Assembly: GCA_045545475.1 (NCBI GenBank)
Contig: JAZQAZ010000023.1
Location: forward strand, 72,387 to 136,386
Source: Clostridia bacterium
GTDB lineage: Bacteria > Bacillota > Clostridia > CAKSNL01 > HGM11501
Direction: 5' to 3'
DNA length: 64,000 nucleotides
The position numbers were made by a program, and so were the translations under genes. Below, one piece after another: positions 32,446 through 40,920 of this stretch (position 1 is the stretch's first letter; every line of letters begins with the position of its first letter). Below the pieces are notes generated by a model, which was given only the letters and a program-made list of their open reading frames with translations, was not told the DNA's origin and made no database searches.

Positions 32446-33144
32446 TTATTTATGTACTAATGTACCAATTTCTTCTTCCATTATTGCTCTTCTGATGTTT
32501 TCGGGATCAGCTAAACCAAACACTCTTATGGGCATTTCGTTATCCATGCAAAGTGTTGTTGCTGTTGAATCCATTACGCCAAGGCCGCGGTCCAGAACTT
32601 CCATATAGGTAAGGTCTGTAAATTTCTTGGCATCGGGATTTTTCGCAGGGTCGGAATCGTAAACCGCATCAACCTTCTTTGCAAGTAAGATGATGTCCGC
32701 ATCAATTTCAACCGCACGGAGTGCTGCCGCAGTATCTGTTGAGAAGAAGGGGTTTCCTGTTCCGCATCCGAAGATAACAACTCTTCCCTTTTCTAAGTGT
32801 CTTACGGCTCTTCCTCTTATATAGCTTTCCGCAATTTTGTTCATTTCAATCGCGGTCTGCACTCTTGTGGGAATTCCGTGTCTTTCAAAGGAATCCTGAA
32901 GTGCAAGGGCGTTTATAACGGTTGCAAGCATTCCCATGTGGTCTGCTCTTGTTCTGTCCATCTTTTCGCCACTTCTTCCTCTCCAGAAGTTACCGCCGCC
33001 TACAACGATTGCAATTTCAACGCCTTTTTTAACACAGTCGGCAATGACATTCCCGATTTCGCCAACGATTTCCTCGTTGATGCCAGTACCCTTGTCTCCT
33101 GCCAGAGCCTCGCCGCTTATCTTAAGTAAAACTCTTTTATACAT
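32446..33144 (-). CDS. pyrH: Uridylate kinase
   Basis: [31 protein letters not shown]. Confidence 0.97.
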   Translation of the reverse strand: MYKRVLLKISGEALAGDKGTGINEEIVGEIGNVIADCVKKGVEIAIVVGGGNFWRGRSGEKMDRTRADHMGMLATVINALALQDSFERHGIPTRVQTAIEMNKIAESYIRGRAVRHLEKGRVVIFGCGTGNPFFSTDTAAALRAVEIDADIILLAKKVDAVYDSDPAKNPDAKKFTDLTYMEVLDRGLGVMDSTATTLCMDNEMPIRVFGLADPENIRRAIMEEEIGTLVHK

Positions 33145-33186
33145 CAAAGACAGTCCTTTCATTTATATTTATACTTTATTAAATAA

Positions 33187-33213
33187 ATTCGACGTAAAAC
33201 ACAAAAATCCTTT
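33187..33213 (-). promoter_or_regulatory. SigH-like promoter of the pyrH operon
   Basis: Minus strand AAAGGATTT-11 bp-GTCGAAT. Confidence 0.6.
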
Positions 33214-33397
33214 ATTATAATGTAAGAAAAAGATAACCTCAAACGTTCTTGCTCCTGCAGTGTTAATCTTTATTGCAATTAGCCTCTGAGGCGAAATCCT
33301 TCTTGACTTTTCTCGCTTTTTTGTCATAATATAACTTGTAAGTAAAATGTGCGTTTAACTTATAAAAAACTTGAAAAAAAGAAAGGAACAGATTATA

Positions 33398-34015
33398 ATG
33401 GAAAGTAAAGAATTTAAGGAGCTTAAATCTCCCGGTTATGTAATTTATATTAATTCGGGAGATGCTGATTCTGTATTGGAGCTGCAAAAACAATTAAACA
33501 AGTGGGGCTACACCGACGGACACGGAAGAAAGCTTGCCGAGGACGGCGATTACGGCATAAATACATATAACGCCGTAATAAAATATCAGCGTGACCACGG
33601 CTTATACGAGGACGGGAAAGTCGGGGACAAAACCTGGGAGTCAATGTACCAGACAATAAAAGACGAAGAATTAAACTCCGCTGCAGAGTCCGGAAACACT
33701 CACGCTTATTATGCCGAATCCGAGCTTAACATTGGCGGAATGGATAAATCTACATACCCTAAAACAAGCAGCAAAAAGAAAACCGATGGCTTCAATATCG
33801 GAAAAGCCTTCGGTGCCTTCAGGGATTATACTAAAATGTATGAAGATTTAAATGATAAGGTAGAATCTGACGGCGAGGTGCAGAATGCCCAGGAGCAAGA
33901 AGCCGAATCTGCAGATAATAATGCTCTTTTAGAGCCGGCTGTTAAAATGCCCACCGAGGAAGAGGCGGAAGAAATGGGAGATATGGCAGCCCAAACATTA
34001 GGTTATTATGATTAA
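33398..34015 (+). CDS. Peptidoglycan-binding domain protein (possibly a truncated effector)
   Basis: V.ELQKQLNKWGY..DGDYG.NT..AV..YQ..HGL..DG.VG..TW (PG_binding_1); start by GAAAGGA RBS. Confidence 0.75.
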   Translation: MESKEFKELKSPGYVIYINSGDADSVLELQKQLNKWGYTDGHGRKLAEDGDYGINTYNAVIKYQRDHGLYEDGKVGDKTWESMYQTIKDEELNSAAESGNTHAYYAESELNIGGMDKSTYPKTSSKKKTDGFNIGKAFGAFRDYTKMYEDLNDKVESDGEVQNAQEQEAESADNNALLEPAVKMPTEEEAEEMGDMAAQTLGYYD

Positions 34016-34071
34016 AGTTTTGCAAATACACTACTCCTAATGATGTAACTATTTATGGGGAGGGCTCTTCT

Positions 34072-35364
34072 ATGTTGAAGATTTTAGGCATCCACTTTAT
34101 TGGTGGAATACTGGCTGTGACTACAAGAGAAATTGCTGTGTTAATTCCCGAAAACATAAAATTGGAATTACATATTGTAACAAGTATTATTATGGCAATA
34201 TATTTTATATGGGCAGGATACTTCTTAAGAAACGAAAGCCTTCATAAGACCATCGTGCTGTTGCAAATATTTGTATATTCAGGACATTTTCTGTTTTTTC
34301 TCGGTGAATCAGCATATAGATTTTTACGTGTTGCCACCGGCGGAAGCGTTGTATGGAATCGTATTCACGAGCAGGTTTTAACACTTGAAAAACTCTCATA
34401 CACGCTAACATATTTCCTGACTTTTTTCATTTTCCCTGTGCTTATTATTGCAGGCAGAACTATAGCGGGTAAGCCTCTTAAAATTAACATAAAAAAAGAT
34501 GTGGGCAATACCCTTAAAATTCTCCTCTGCACTTTTACGGCAAGCACTGTTTATCCTGTTTCCTCTTTCTTTATGGACCGGTTTGATGAATCGGGCGATA
34601 TTATTACAGCATACATTTCACTGTTTGCCGTAATCGCAATATTGTTCGTTGGCGGAATTGCCTTAAGAAAGATTGAATGGTCAAAAATCTGTTTTATAAT
34701 GTTCATCTCTTCCCTCGTCGGCATCACATTTACAATGTACATAACAAAAAGCCTTGCCAATGCACTTTCCGGCGGAGGAATGGTGATAAATTTATTTTTT
34801 GAAACAGTTATCGGCATAGAAACCAACTATACCGAAATGCCTTTACTTCCGCTGATTTTTGTTCTTGCCGGACACTTTACAGGCAACCGTATCTTAGCTA
34901 ACACCGCTTTTGAAAAAAGATCACCCGGAAAACTCAAGCATATATCTCAGGCAGTATTAATGCAGCTTGCAGGAGGTTTAATTGTTTTCTATATGAGAGA
35001 GTTGGCTCTAATGATAACCTCCGAAAGCATAAGAATGGCAGCCTTTATCGTTATCAGTCTTTTTATGCTCCTTTATTATGTATGGATTGGTCATTTTTTC
35101 AAAGGAAAATCCTTTTATTCGGCTTGTTCTGTAATCCTGATAATGACATTTATCGGATTTTCAACTGAAATATTTACAACCGAAATATACCGATATTCAA
35201 CCTGCCTTACCGGCAGCGGTTCTATATGGATTGGCGTTTTGAACAGATTGTTCTCGGGCATAAGATATCATTATCATATCGTAATTTCATTGATGATTTT
35301 ATGTATGGCTTTCGGCTATATAATTAGCAACAAGAGAAATAAAGATGCAAAAGAAGGCCGGTAA
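34072..35364 (+). CDS. Polytopic membrane protein with three internal ~140-aa repeats
   Basis: About 12 TM helices; repeats 1 and 3 share GG....RE.A..I..E.I, Y..W.G.F, and TG.(G)S..W. Confidence 0.65.
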   Translation: MLKILGIHFIGGILAVTTREIAVLIPENIKLELHIVTSIIMAIYFIWAGYFLRNESLHKTIVLLQIFVYSGHFLFFLGESAYRFLRVATGGSVVWNRIHEQVLTLEKLSYTLTYFLTFFIFPVLIIAGRTIAGKPLKINIKKDVGNTLKILLCTFTASTVYPVSSFFMDRFDESGDIITAYISLFAVIAILFVGGIALRKIEWSKICFIMFISSLVGITFTMYITKSLANALSGGGMVINLFFETVIGIETNYTEMPLLPLIFVLAGHFTGNRILANTAFEKRSPGKLKHISQAVLMQLAGGLIVFYMRELALMITSESIRMAAFIVISLFMLLYYVWIGHFFKGKSFYSACSVILIMTFIGFSTEIFTTEIYRYSTCLTGSGSIWIGVLNRLFSGIRYHYHIVISLMILCMAFGYIISNKRNKDAKEGR

Positions 35365-35369
35365 AAACC

Positions 35370-35397
35370 ACACCCCGAAGCAAAAGCTTCGGGGTGT
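35370..35397. terminator. Bidirectional terminator
   Basis: ACACCCCGAAGC-aaaa-GCTTCGGGGTGT; inverted copy at 39714..39741. Confidence 0.85.
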
Positions 35398-35403
35398 TTA
35401 ATT

Positions 35404-36279
35404 TTATTCATCCATCAGGCTCGCAAGATACTTTGCGGTTTCTGCTTCAAACTTCAAAAACATTTCGGAAAGATGGAGAGGCATTTTAGAAAAGCCCGTT
35501 GCACCCGACTCTAAAGATAAAACGCCTTTGTAGCCGATTTCCTTAAGTGCATCCATAAATTCATACCACACACACGAACAAAGGAAGGGCACCTGATGGG
35601 TGTCGTCCCACGCCCCTCGGTTGTCGTGAACGTGAAGGCAGAAAAGCTTTTCATTTGCCACCTTCACAGCCTCGGGAAGATTAAGCTTCATTGATAAAAC
35701 GTGTCCCGTATCAAGGCAGATTCCCACGTTAGGCATATTAATTTCATCAACAAGCTTTCTTAAGTTTTCCGTTCTTGCAAGGGAGATATTTCGAAATGGC
35801 AGGTTTTCTATTGCCACATTTATTCCGCACTCCTTTGCATAAAGACCAACTTCGGTAAATACCTTTACGTTCATGCTAAAGGCAAAAGCTTCATCCGTTT
35901 CCGTGCCCCAGCCCTCGGGCATTACGGGGTGATAAACAACGGTATCTGCCCCAAGTAAGCTTGCCCCGTCTATGCACTTTTTCATATGCATAACATTTTT
36001 CGGGCGGTCTTCTTCAATTTCGTCGTGTACGGGCCAGGGGCCGTGCACCTGATTTATATGTATTTCCGCTTTTTCCGCAAGGTGTCTTTCTTCCGTGAGA
36101 AATTCCTTAAATTCTTCATCGGAGGCTTCGGCGATTAAAAAGCTTTTATAGTATGCAAGTTGCTGAAAGTCGGATGCACCATAACCTAAAGCCTTCATTT
36201 TCTCATAGTCGGTGTGCCGTCTTTTTCCGTCTTCCCTTTCTTTTTCAAGAAATTCGCTGTTTGTTTTTCCGATTATCAT
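35404..36279 (-). CDS. Sugar phosphate isomerase/epimerase (AP endonuclease 2 TIM barrel)
   Basis: AIENLP, CLDTGH, LHVHDN, D.HQ.P, SLE. Confidence 0.85.
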   Translation of the reverse strand: MIIGKTNSEFLEKEREDGKRRHTDYEKMKALGYGASDFQQLAYYKSFLIAEASDEEFKEFLTEERHLAEKAEIHINQVHGPWPVHDEIEEDRPKNVMHMKKCIDGASLLGADTVVYHPVMPEGWGTETDEAFAFSMNVKVFTEVGLYAKECGINVAIENLPFRNISLARTENLRKLVDEINMPNVGICLDTGHVLSMKLNLPEAVKVANEKLFCLHVHDNRGAWDDTHQVPFLCSCVWYEFMDALKEIGYKGVLSLESGATGFSKMPLHLSEMFLKFEAETAKYLASLMDE

Positions 36280-36297
36280 GAATTTTCCTCCTTTTGT

Positions 36298-36348
36298 CTT
36301 CATTTTAGCATAAGTGATGCCTTAACACAAGCATTTTTACATAAAAAC
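36298..36348 (-). promoter_or_regulatory. Sigma-A promoter, copy 1 of a 51-bp direct repeat
   Basis: Minus strand TTGTGT-17 bp-(TG)cTAAAAT; 49/51 identical to 39665..39715. Confidence 0.7.
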
Positions 36349-36469
36349 TTTCTTGATTTGTCGTCGCTATACTGGTAAAATATATGGTATAAATGATATG
36401 GTGCTACCTGCTCCATCCCCTATTTATTTAATTGCAGATGCACGATAGATGGATTAAGGAGGAATTTTA

Positions 36470-36796
36470 ATGTACGATGCTACAAAAGACCCCAATGCTT
36501 TCAAGCCTATAACCGAAAATCCTATTATTCTGGATTTTACAGGATGTAAACATTGGCACGAAATTCACTTAATCTTAAAAACAAAATTCGGTTTGCCCGA
36601 TTATTACGGAAAAAACTGGGATGCTCTATGGGATTGTTTAAGGGACTTATGGATAAATGATGGATATACAAAAGTAAACATATACGGCTTTATGTCCCTT
36701 CCGGAGGATTTAAGAGAATATTGCAAAGCCATGCTTGAAATTTTTGAAGATGTTCACGAAGAAACACCAAATGTGGTTTTCGAGCTTATTTCTTAA
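36470..36796 (+). CDS. Barstar family RNase inhibitor (orphan)
   Basis: FGLPDYYGKNWDALWDCLRD signature. Confidence 0.9.
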   Translation: MYDATKDPNAFKPITENPIILDFTGCKHWHEIHLILKTKFGLPDYYGKNWDALWDCLRDLWINDGYTKVNIYGFMSLPEDLREYCKAMLEIFEDVHEETPNVVFELIS

Positions 36797-36801
36797 GACA
36801 T

Positions 36802-36830
36802 AAAAAGCGGATGCATCTGCATCCGCTTTT
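36802..36830 (+). terminator. Rho-independent terminator
   Basis: AAAAGCGGATGCA-tc-TGCATCCGCTTTT. Confidence 0.8.
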
Positions 36831-36851
36831 CCTTATTTATCTGGCAAAGTT

Positions 36852-36911
36852 GACAAAAAAGGTACGTCCCCTTTTGTCCTTCTCGTCCCCTTTTGTCCTT
36901 CTTCTTTTGTC
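36852..36911. repeat. 27-bp palindromic REP-like element plus partial copies
   Basis: GACAAAAAAGGTACGTCCCCTTTTGTC followed by CGTCCCCTTTTGTC and CTTTTGTC. Confidence 0.9.
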
Positions 36912-36917
36912 TGTGCG

Positions 36918-37427
36918 CTAAATTGTTGAAAATGCCAGCAAGGAAATCAAATCATTATAGTATATCCAGTAAAACATATTAATTTTGATTGATTCAGTCA
37001 CTTCATCCAAAACTTTTTGCCTATCGTTATCACCTATGTTAATTATAACTTGTCCAAAACACTTACTTTTCTCTTCCGGTTTATATTCATAATAAGAATA
37101 GAAATCCATACCGTTCTTGAAATAAACAACATCATATTTAGGAATATCAAGCCAATAATCCTCTATAAAAAGCATTTTTGATGTACTGTTTTTTATTTCG
37201 AACCTATAAGCAATAATTAAAAATTTTTCTGGTTCTTCTAAAATCTTTTGCGTCTTGCTGTTTTTGGGCAACGAGTAACCATAGTAATTCTCATAATCTT
37301 GCAGCAATATTTCTTCACAAGATACACTTATTCTTTTCAATGGATACAACCAAGCTGTAGATATAATTGTCAAACAGACAATCAAAACAAAAATAATCAA
37401 ACCTAAAACTATTTTTTTATATTTCAT
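36918..37427 (-). CDS. Hypothetical membrane-anchored protein (putative immunity)
   Basis: N-terminal signal/TM; AT-rich; lies in the cassette array. Confidence 0.6.
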   Translation of the reverse strand: MKYKKIVLGLIIFVLIVCLTIISTAWLYPLKRISVSCEEILLQDYENYYGYSLPKNSKTQKILEEPEKFLIIAYRFEIKNSTSKMLFIEDYWLDIPKYDVVYFKNGMDFYSYYEYKPEEKSKCFGQVIINIGDNDRQKVLDEVTESIKINMFYWIYYNDLISLLAFSTI

Positions 37428-37564
37428 TTTGCATCATCCTTAAGTTTTACTACTATAAGTGAATCATCCTTTAATATATCATCATTTACCGGGGCATTTA
37501 TTCTATCTTTAGAATGGGCAGAATATAGTATTGTCCCATCTTCTGCAAAGCTCACATTATAAAT
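37424..37564 (-). pseudogene. C-terminal gene remnant, amidase-domain-like
   Basis: Startless frame IYNVSFAEDGTILYSAHSKDRINAPVNDDILKDDSLIVVKLKDDAK*; its TGA overlaps the ATG at 37427. Confidence 0.5.
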
Positions 37565-37592
37565 CTATCAAGGTTTCCAAGTGGCACCTGTT

Positions 37593-37686
37593 AAGACACG
37601 AAAACCGTCCTCTGTCTTTTTAAGTTGACAAAAAAGGTACGTCCCCTTTTGTCTTCGTTACTTTTGTCTTCTTTTATACCCTTTGT
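37593..37686. repeat. REP-like element cluster
   Basis: AAGACACGAAAACCGTCCTCTGTCTT (37593), exact 27-mer at 37627..37653, plus CTTTTGTC partials. Confidence 0.88.
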
Positions 37687-38253
37687 CTATTTGTCTTCGC
37701 CTATAATCCAGTTTCTTTCCCATAAAACGAAATTAAACCTGGTTCCATAGTAAATTTCATCCAAAAGAGCAACTAACAAAGCAATCAGTTGTTTGTCCAT
37801 TTCATAACATTCTACAGTATATGTATATCCTCCCATAACAGACAAGTTTGATCTTTGAGCATTTAATATCAGCTTATCATTCTTTTTTAATGAAAATTTA
37901 TTTCCGCTATGAAAACAAGGTTTGTACTCCTCTTCTCCTATCAATATATTTTTCTTATTTTTACAAAAGCCTGCCAAAGATTTCCCAATTTCAGTATCAT
38001 TCTGAAAAATCCTGTATACAGGATAGGAGCGCAACGGATATATAGGCACAATCATCCCCAAGGGAGCCAGAATACATTTTAATAATTTATTTGTCTGTTT
38101 GCAACTATATGATATTGTTTGATTATTATCTGTGACCTTAAATTTCTTACACAGCATTCCAAATGTATAATTGCTTTTTATCGTGTATTCTTCGCTTCCG
38201 ACAGTATACACGATACCCTTTACTCCCAATTTCTTTTCTATGACAAACATCAT
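37687..38253 (-). CDS. Hypothetical protein (possible LURP-one/Tubby-like fold)
   Basis: Start moved to the ATG at 38253 (GGAG RBS); beta-rich with C-terminal helix LIALLVALLDE. Confidence 0.55.
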   Translation of the reverse strand: MMFVIEKKLGVKGIVYTVGSEEYTIKSNYTFGMLCKKFKVTDNNQTISYSCKQTNKLLKCILAPLGMIVPIYPLRSYPVYRIFQNDTEIGKSLAGFCKNKKNILIGEEEYKPCFHSGNKFSLKKNDKLILNAQRSNLSVMGGYTYTVECYEMDKQLIALLVALLDEIYYGTRFNFVLWERNWIIGEDK

Positions 38254-38299
38254 AATACTTTTCTCCTGTAATCCGGTTTTTCCGTTAGTAACAAAAGTG

Positions 38300-38324
38300 G
38301 ACAAAATAAGTGCATCCCCAAGTG
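38300..38324. repeat. Degenerate REP-like element
   Basis: GACAAAATAAGTGCATCCCCAAGTG directly after the stop at 38331. Confidence 0.55.
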
Positions 38325-38330
38325 ATCTTC

Positions 38331-38675
38331 TTATTCAGCCAATCCTATGTCAATCACTTTTCCATCCCTTTTTCGAAATTCCACATATATTACGCCACCA
38401 CTCGTAACCCACATGGTTCCTTCCTCTGTACAGCCTGTAGTCTGCACTACATTACGAACTCTCCATGTTTTACCAAGGTCTTCTGCGTCATAGGTAAATC
38501 CATAATTAAAGGAGTCAGGAAAACGTTCTTCCAATAAGGCCATTCCAATTTTCAGTGCTGTTTCTTTGCTATCTATAACATTATATTCTTCTCCATTTTT
38601 ACTTACTGTAAAAATAACAGCTGCAGCAACCACAAATATACTCACTATACATATAATCAACCATCTTTTTTTCAT
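38331..38675 (-). CDS. NTF2-fold immunity protein (YbbC/YhhH-like)
   Basis: Signal/TM; ETALKIG..W.V..GG.IYVEF.K.DGKVI pattern. Confidence 0.7.
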   Translation of the reverse strand: MKKRWLIICIVSIFVVAAAVIFTVSKNGEEYNVIDSKETALKIGMALLEERFPDSFNYGFTYDAEDLGKTWRVRNVVQTTGCTEEGTMWVTSGGVIYVEFRKRDGKVIDIGLAE

Positions 38676-38740
38676 ACAAGCACCTCACTTTCCGCTTTAT
38701 CAGAAAAAATCACCTTAATTCTTTCTTCAGTACCATTTTA

Positions 38741-38765
38741 ACAAAAAGTTATGTCCCCTTTTGTC
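38741..38765. repeat. REP-like element
   Basis: ACAAAAAGTTATGTCCCCTTTTGTC overlapping the stop at 38764. Confidence 0.75.
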
Positions 38766-39198
38766 ACTTCATCCCCGTGTACCATTCAGTAACCATTCCT
38801 GTCGCTGATGATACAGTCACAATAGTAGGACCTCCTATTGTAGGAGACTCAGTTTCCTGTGTTGTACACCAGAGCTTTTCTTTTGAATCATAATAAACAA
38901 TTATCTTATCAATACTATCGTCATTCGGCTGCAACAACCAATAATAATGCCGTTCCACCAGTCTCGCCACTTGTTTAGGCGTTTTAGCTATTTCTCCAAC
39001 ATATTCATCCCATATACCACCATATGTATGACAAACTTCTAAGAATTCAGAAGAATCGAATTCTCCTCTTATGTATTCATATCTAAGGCCGGGAATAAGT
39101 TCATCTGTTACCCAATTCTTATAGTACCATATGCCGCTCCCAAAAGCCAACACCATAACAATAGCTACAATTGTAATAAGCTTAAAATGTTTTTTCAT
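38764..39198 (-). CDS. Membrane-anchored protein, NTF2-fold-immunity-like C-terminus
   Basis: Signal/TM; ..YYD....W...GG..IVTVS..TG.V similar to the neighbouring gene. Confidence 0.55.
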   Translation of the reverse strand: MKKHFKLITIVAIVMVLAFGSGIWYYKNWVTDELIPGLRYEYIRGEFDSSEFLEVCHTYGGIWDEYVGEIAKTPKQVARLVERHYYWLLQPNDDSIDKIIVYYDSKEKLWCTTQETESPTIGGPTIVTVSSATGMVTEWYTGMK

Positions 39199-39267
39199 AA
39201 ATATCCCTCCTATAATTTCGATACTATTTAAGAGCCTACTTTTTCCGGTATCTTTTTATGTTCTGCA

Positions 39268-39645
39268 TCACCTAGTTGCTATAGAACGAAGAAATCTCCC
39301 TTGTTTCAAATAAACCTCCGAAACATCATAAAGTTTATCATCTATAATTTCGATTTCAATGTTTTCATTTATTTTTGTGCTTATATCATCTGCGCAAAGC
39401 ATAATATATAGCTTGTTATTTCGCACCACATATTTGTACCCGGTATAATCACCATACGTACTATTGCCTATAACATAGCCTGAAAATAAAAGCTTATTAT
39501 CAACAAGTTCCACGTTATTTATGTGCATTACTCTCGGACTCATAATATATTTATATTCATTATAGGTTTTAATTTTAATAAAGTTTATACATACAATCAC
39601 AATCAAAATTGCAGAAATGAACATCAATAATAATTTTCGTTTCAT
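39268..39645 (-). CDS. Hypothetical secreted protein (putative immunity)
   Basis: N-terminal TM, AAGGAG RBS, first gene after the duplicated promoter. Confidence 0.6.
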   Translation of the reverse strand: MKRKLLLMFISAILIVIVCINFIKIKTYNEYKYIMSPRVMHINNVELVDNKLLFSGYVIGNSTYGDYTGYKYVVRNNKLYIMLCADDISTKINENIEIEIIDDKLYDVSEVYLKQGRFLRSIATR

Positions 39646-39664
39646 AAATATCTCCTTCCGTTAA

Positions 39665-39715
39665 CTTCATTTTAGCATAAGTGATGCCTTAATACAAGCA
39701 TTTTCACATAAAAAC
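39665..39715 (-). promoter_or_regulatory. Sigma-A promoter, copy 2 of the 51-bp direct repeat, heading the immunity array
   Basis: Minus strand TTGTAT-17 bp-(TG)cTAAAAT. Confidence 0.7.
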
Positions 39716-39741
39716 ACCCCGAAGCTTTTGCTTCGGGGTGT
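39714..39741 (-). terminator. fba terminator
   Basis: ACACCCCGAAGC-tttt-GCTTCGGGGTGT, followed by T-tract on the minus strand. Confidence 0.85.
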
Positions 39742-39749
39742 TAAATCAA

Positions 39750-40778
39750 TTAACCAAAAATTGTCTTTCCTGCGCTCTCTAAGTCGTTACAAGCTTCAAC
39801 AACACGGGAAGCCATACCCTCTTCGCCCTTCTTTAAGTAAGAACGGGGATCGTACATCTTCTTGTTACCAACTTCGCCTTCAATCTTAAGCATACCATCG
39901 TAGTTTTTGAACATATGGTCAACTACGGGCTTGGAGAAAGCGTACTGTGTATCTGTGTCGATGTTCATCTTGATTACGCCATAGCCAAGAGTTTCCTTGA
40001 TTTCTTCCTTGGAAGAACCGGATCCGCCGTGGAATACTAAGAAGAATCCCTTATCAGCGCCGTATTTAGCCTTTAATGCATCCTGTCCGTTTTTAAGGAT
40101 GGAGGGATTAAGCTTTACGTTACCGGGCTTATATACGCCGTGAACGTTACCGAAGGTTGCTGCAACGGTGTATGTTCCCTTAATATCCTTAAGAGCATCA
40201 TAAACCTTTAACATATCTTCGGGAGTTGTGTATAACTTATCGTTAGATACGCCTTCGTTGTTCTGACCGTCTTCTTCGCCGCCTACAACGCCGGTTTCAA
40301 CTTCCAAAACGATGTCGTTTGCTGCACAGCGAGCGAAAAGCTCCTTTGCAACAGCGATGTTTTCATCAAGAGTAATGTCGCTTCCGTCGAACATATGGCT
40401 GTTGAAAAGATTGGGACGGCCTTCTGCTCTTCTTCTTTCGGTTTCAGCAATCAAGGGAAGCATAAAGGATTCAAGCTTGCCCTTTGTGCAGTGGTCTGTG
40501 TGAAGTGCAACATATACGTTGTACTTTTCAGCCATTAATCTAACGTGGTCGGCAAGGCTTATTGCACCAAGTACCTTATCCTTTACGTTAAGACCGGATG
40601 CAAACTCAGCTCCGCCAACGGAAACCTGCACGATACCGTCAGACTTAGCGTCAGCAAGACCCTTAAGTACTGCGTTTGCAGTTTCCATAGAGGAAACGTT
40701 TACAGCGGGATATGCATAGTGATTGTCATATGCCGCTTTCATCATATTCAAATACTGTTCATAATTTACTACAGGCAT
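39750..40778 (-). CDS. fbaA: Fructose-bisphosphate aldolase class II
   Basis: LHTDHC, SHMFDGS, GVVGGEEDG, FGNVHGVYKPG, VFHGGSG, KMNIDTD. Confidence 0.95.
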   Translation of the reverse strand: MPVVNYEQYLNMMKAAYDNHYAYPAVNVSSMETANAVLKGLADAKSDGIVQVSVGGAEFASGLNVKDKVLGAISLADHVRLMAEKYNVYVALHTDHCTKGKLESFMLPLIAETERRRAEGRPNLFNSHMFDGSDITLDENIAVAKELFARCAANDIVLEVETGVVGGEEDGQNNEGVSNDKLYTTPEDMLKVYDALKDIKGTYTVAATFGNVHGVYKPGNVKLNPSILKNGQDALKAKYGADKGFFLVFHGGSGSSKEEIKETLGYGVIKMNIDTDTQYAFSKPVVDHMFKNYDGMLKIEGEVGNKKMYDPRSYLKKGEEGMASRVVEACNDLESAGKTIFG

Positions 40779-40809
40779 GGTAAAACCTCCAAATAAAAAA
40801 TTTCGATTA

Positions 40810-40838
40810 ATTATAACACAATTTCTAAATTATGTCAA
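40810..40838 (-). promoter_or_regulatory. Consensus sigma-A promoter of fba
   Basis: Minus strand TTGACA-17 bp-TATAAT. Confidence 0.85.
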
Positions 40839-40859
40839 TTATTTAACCATATTATTCTT

Positions 40860-40888
40860 TCATATCTTTTCCCGTTTTCGCATAAAAT
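40860..40888 (+). promoter_or_regulatory. Possible SigE/SigK-type promoter of tspO
   Basis: TCATATC-14 bp-CATAAAAT. Confidence 0.4.
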
Positions 40889-40920
40889 AACCTCAGAAAC
40901 TGTGTAAAAGGAGTCTTTTT

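Noticed and set aside
36852-38765. CRISPR or classical integron
   Set aside because: The spacers are gene-sized and irregular, no IntI or cas gene is present, and the repeats lack a clear attC RYYYAAC/GTTRRRY structure.
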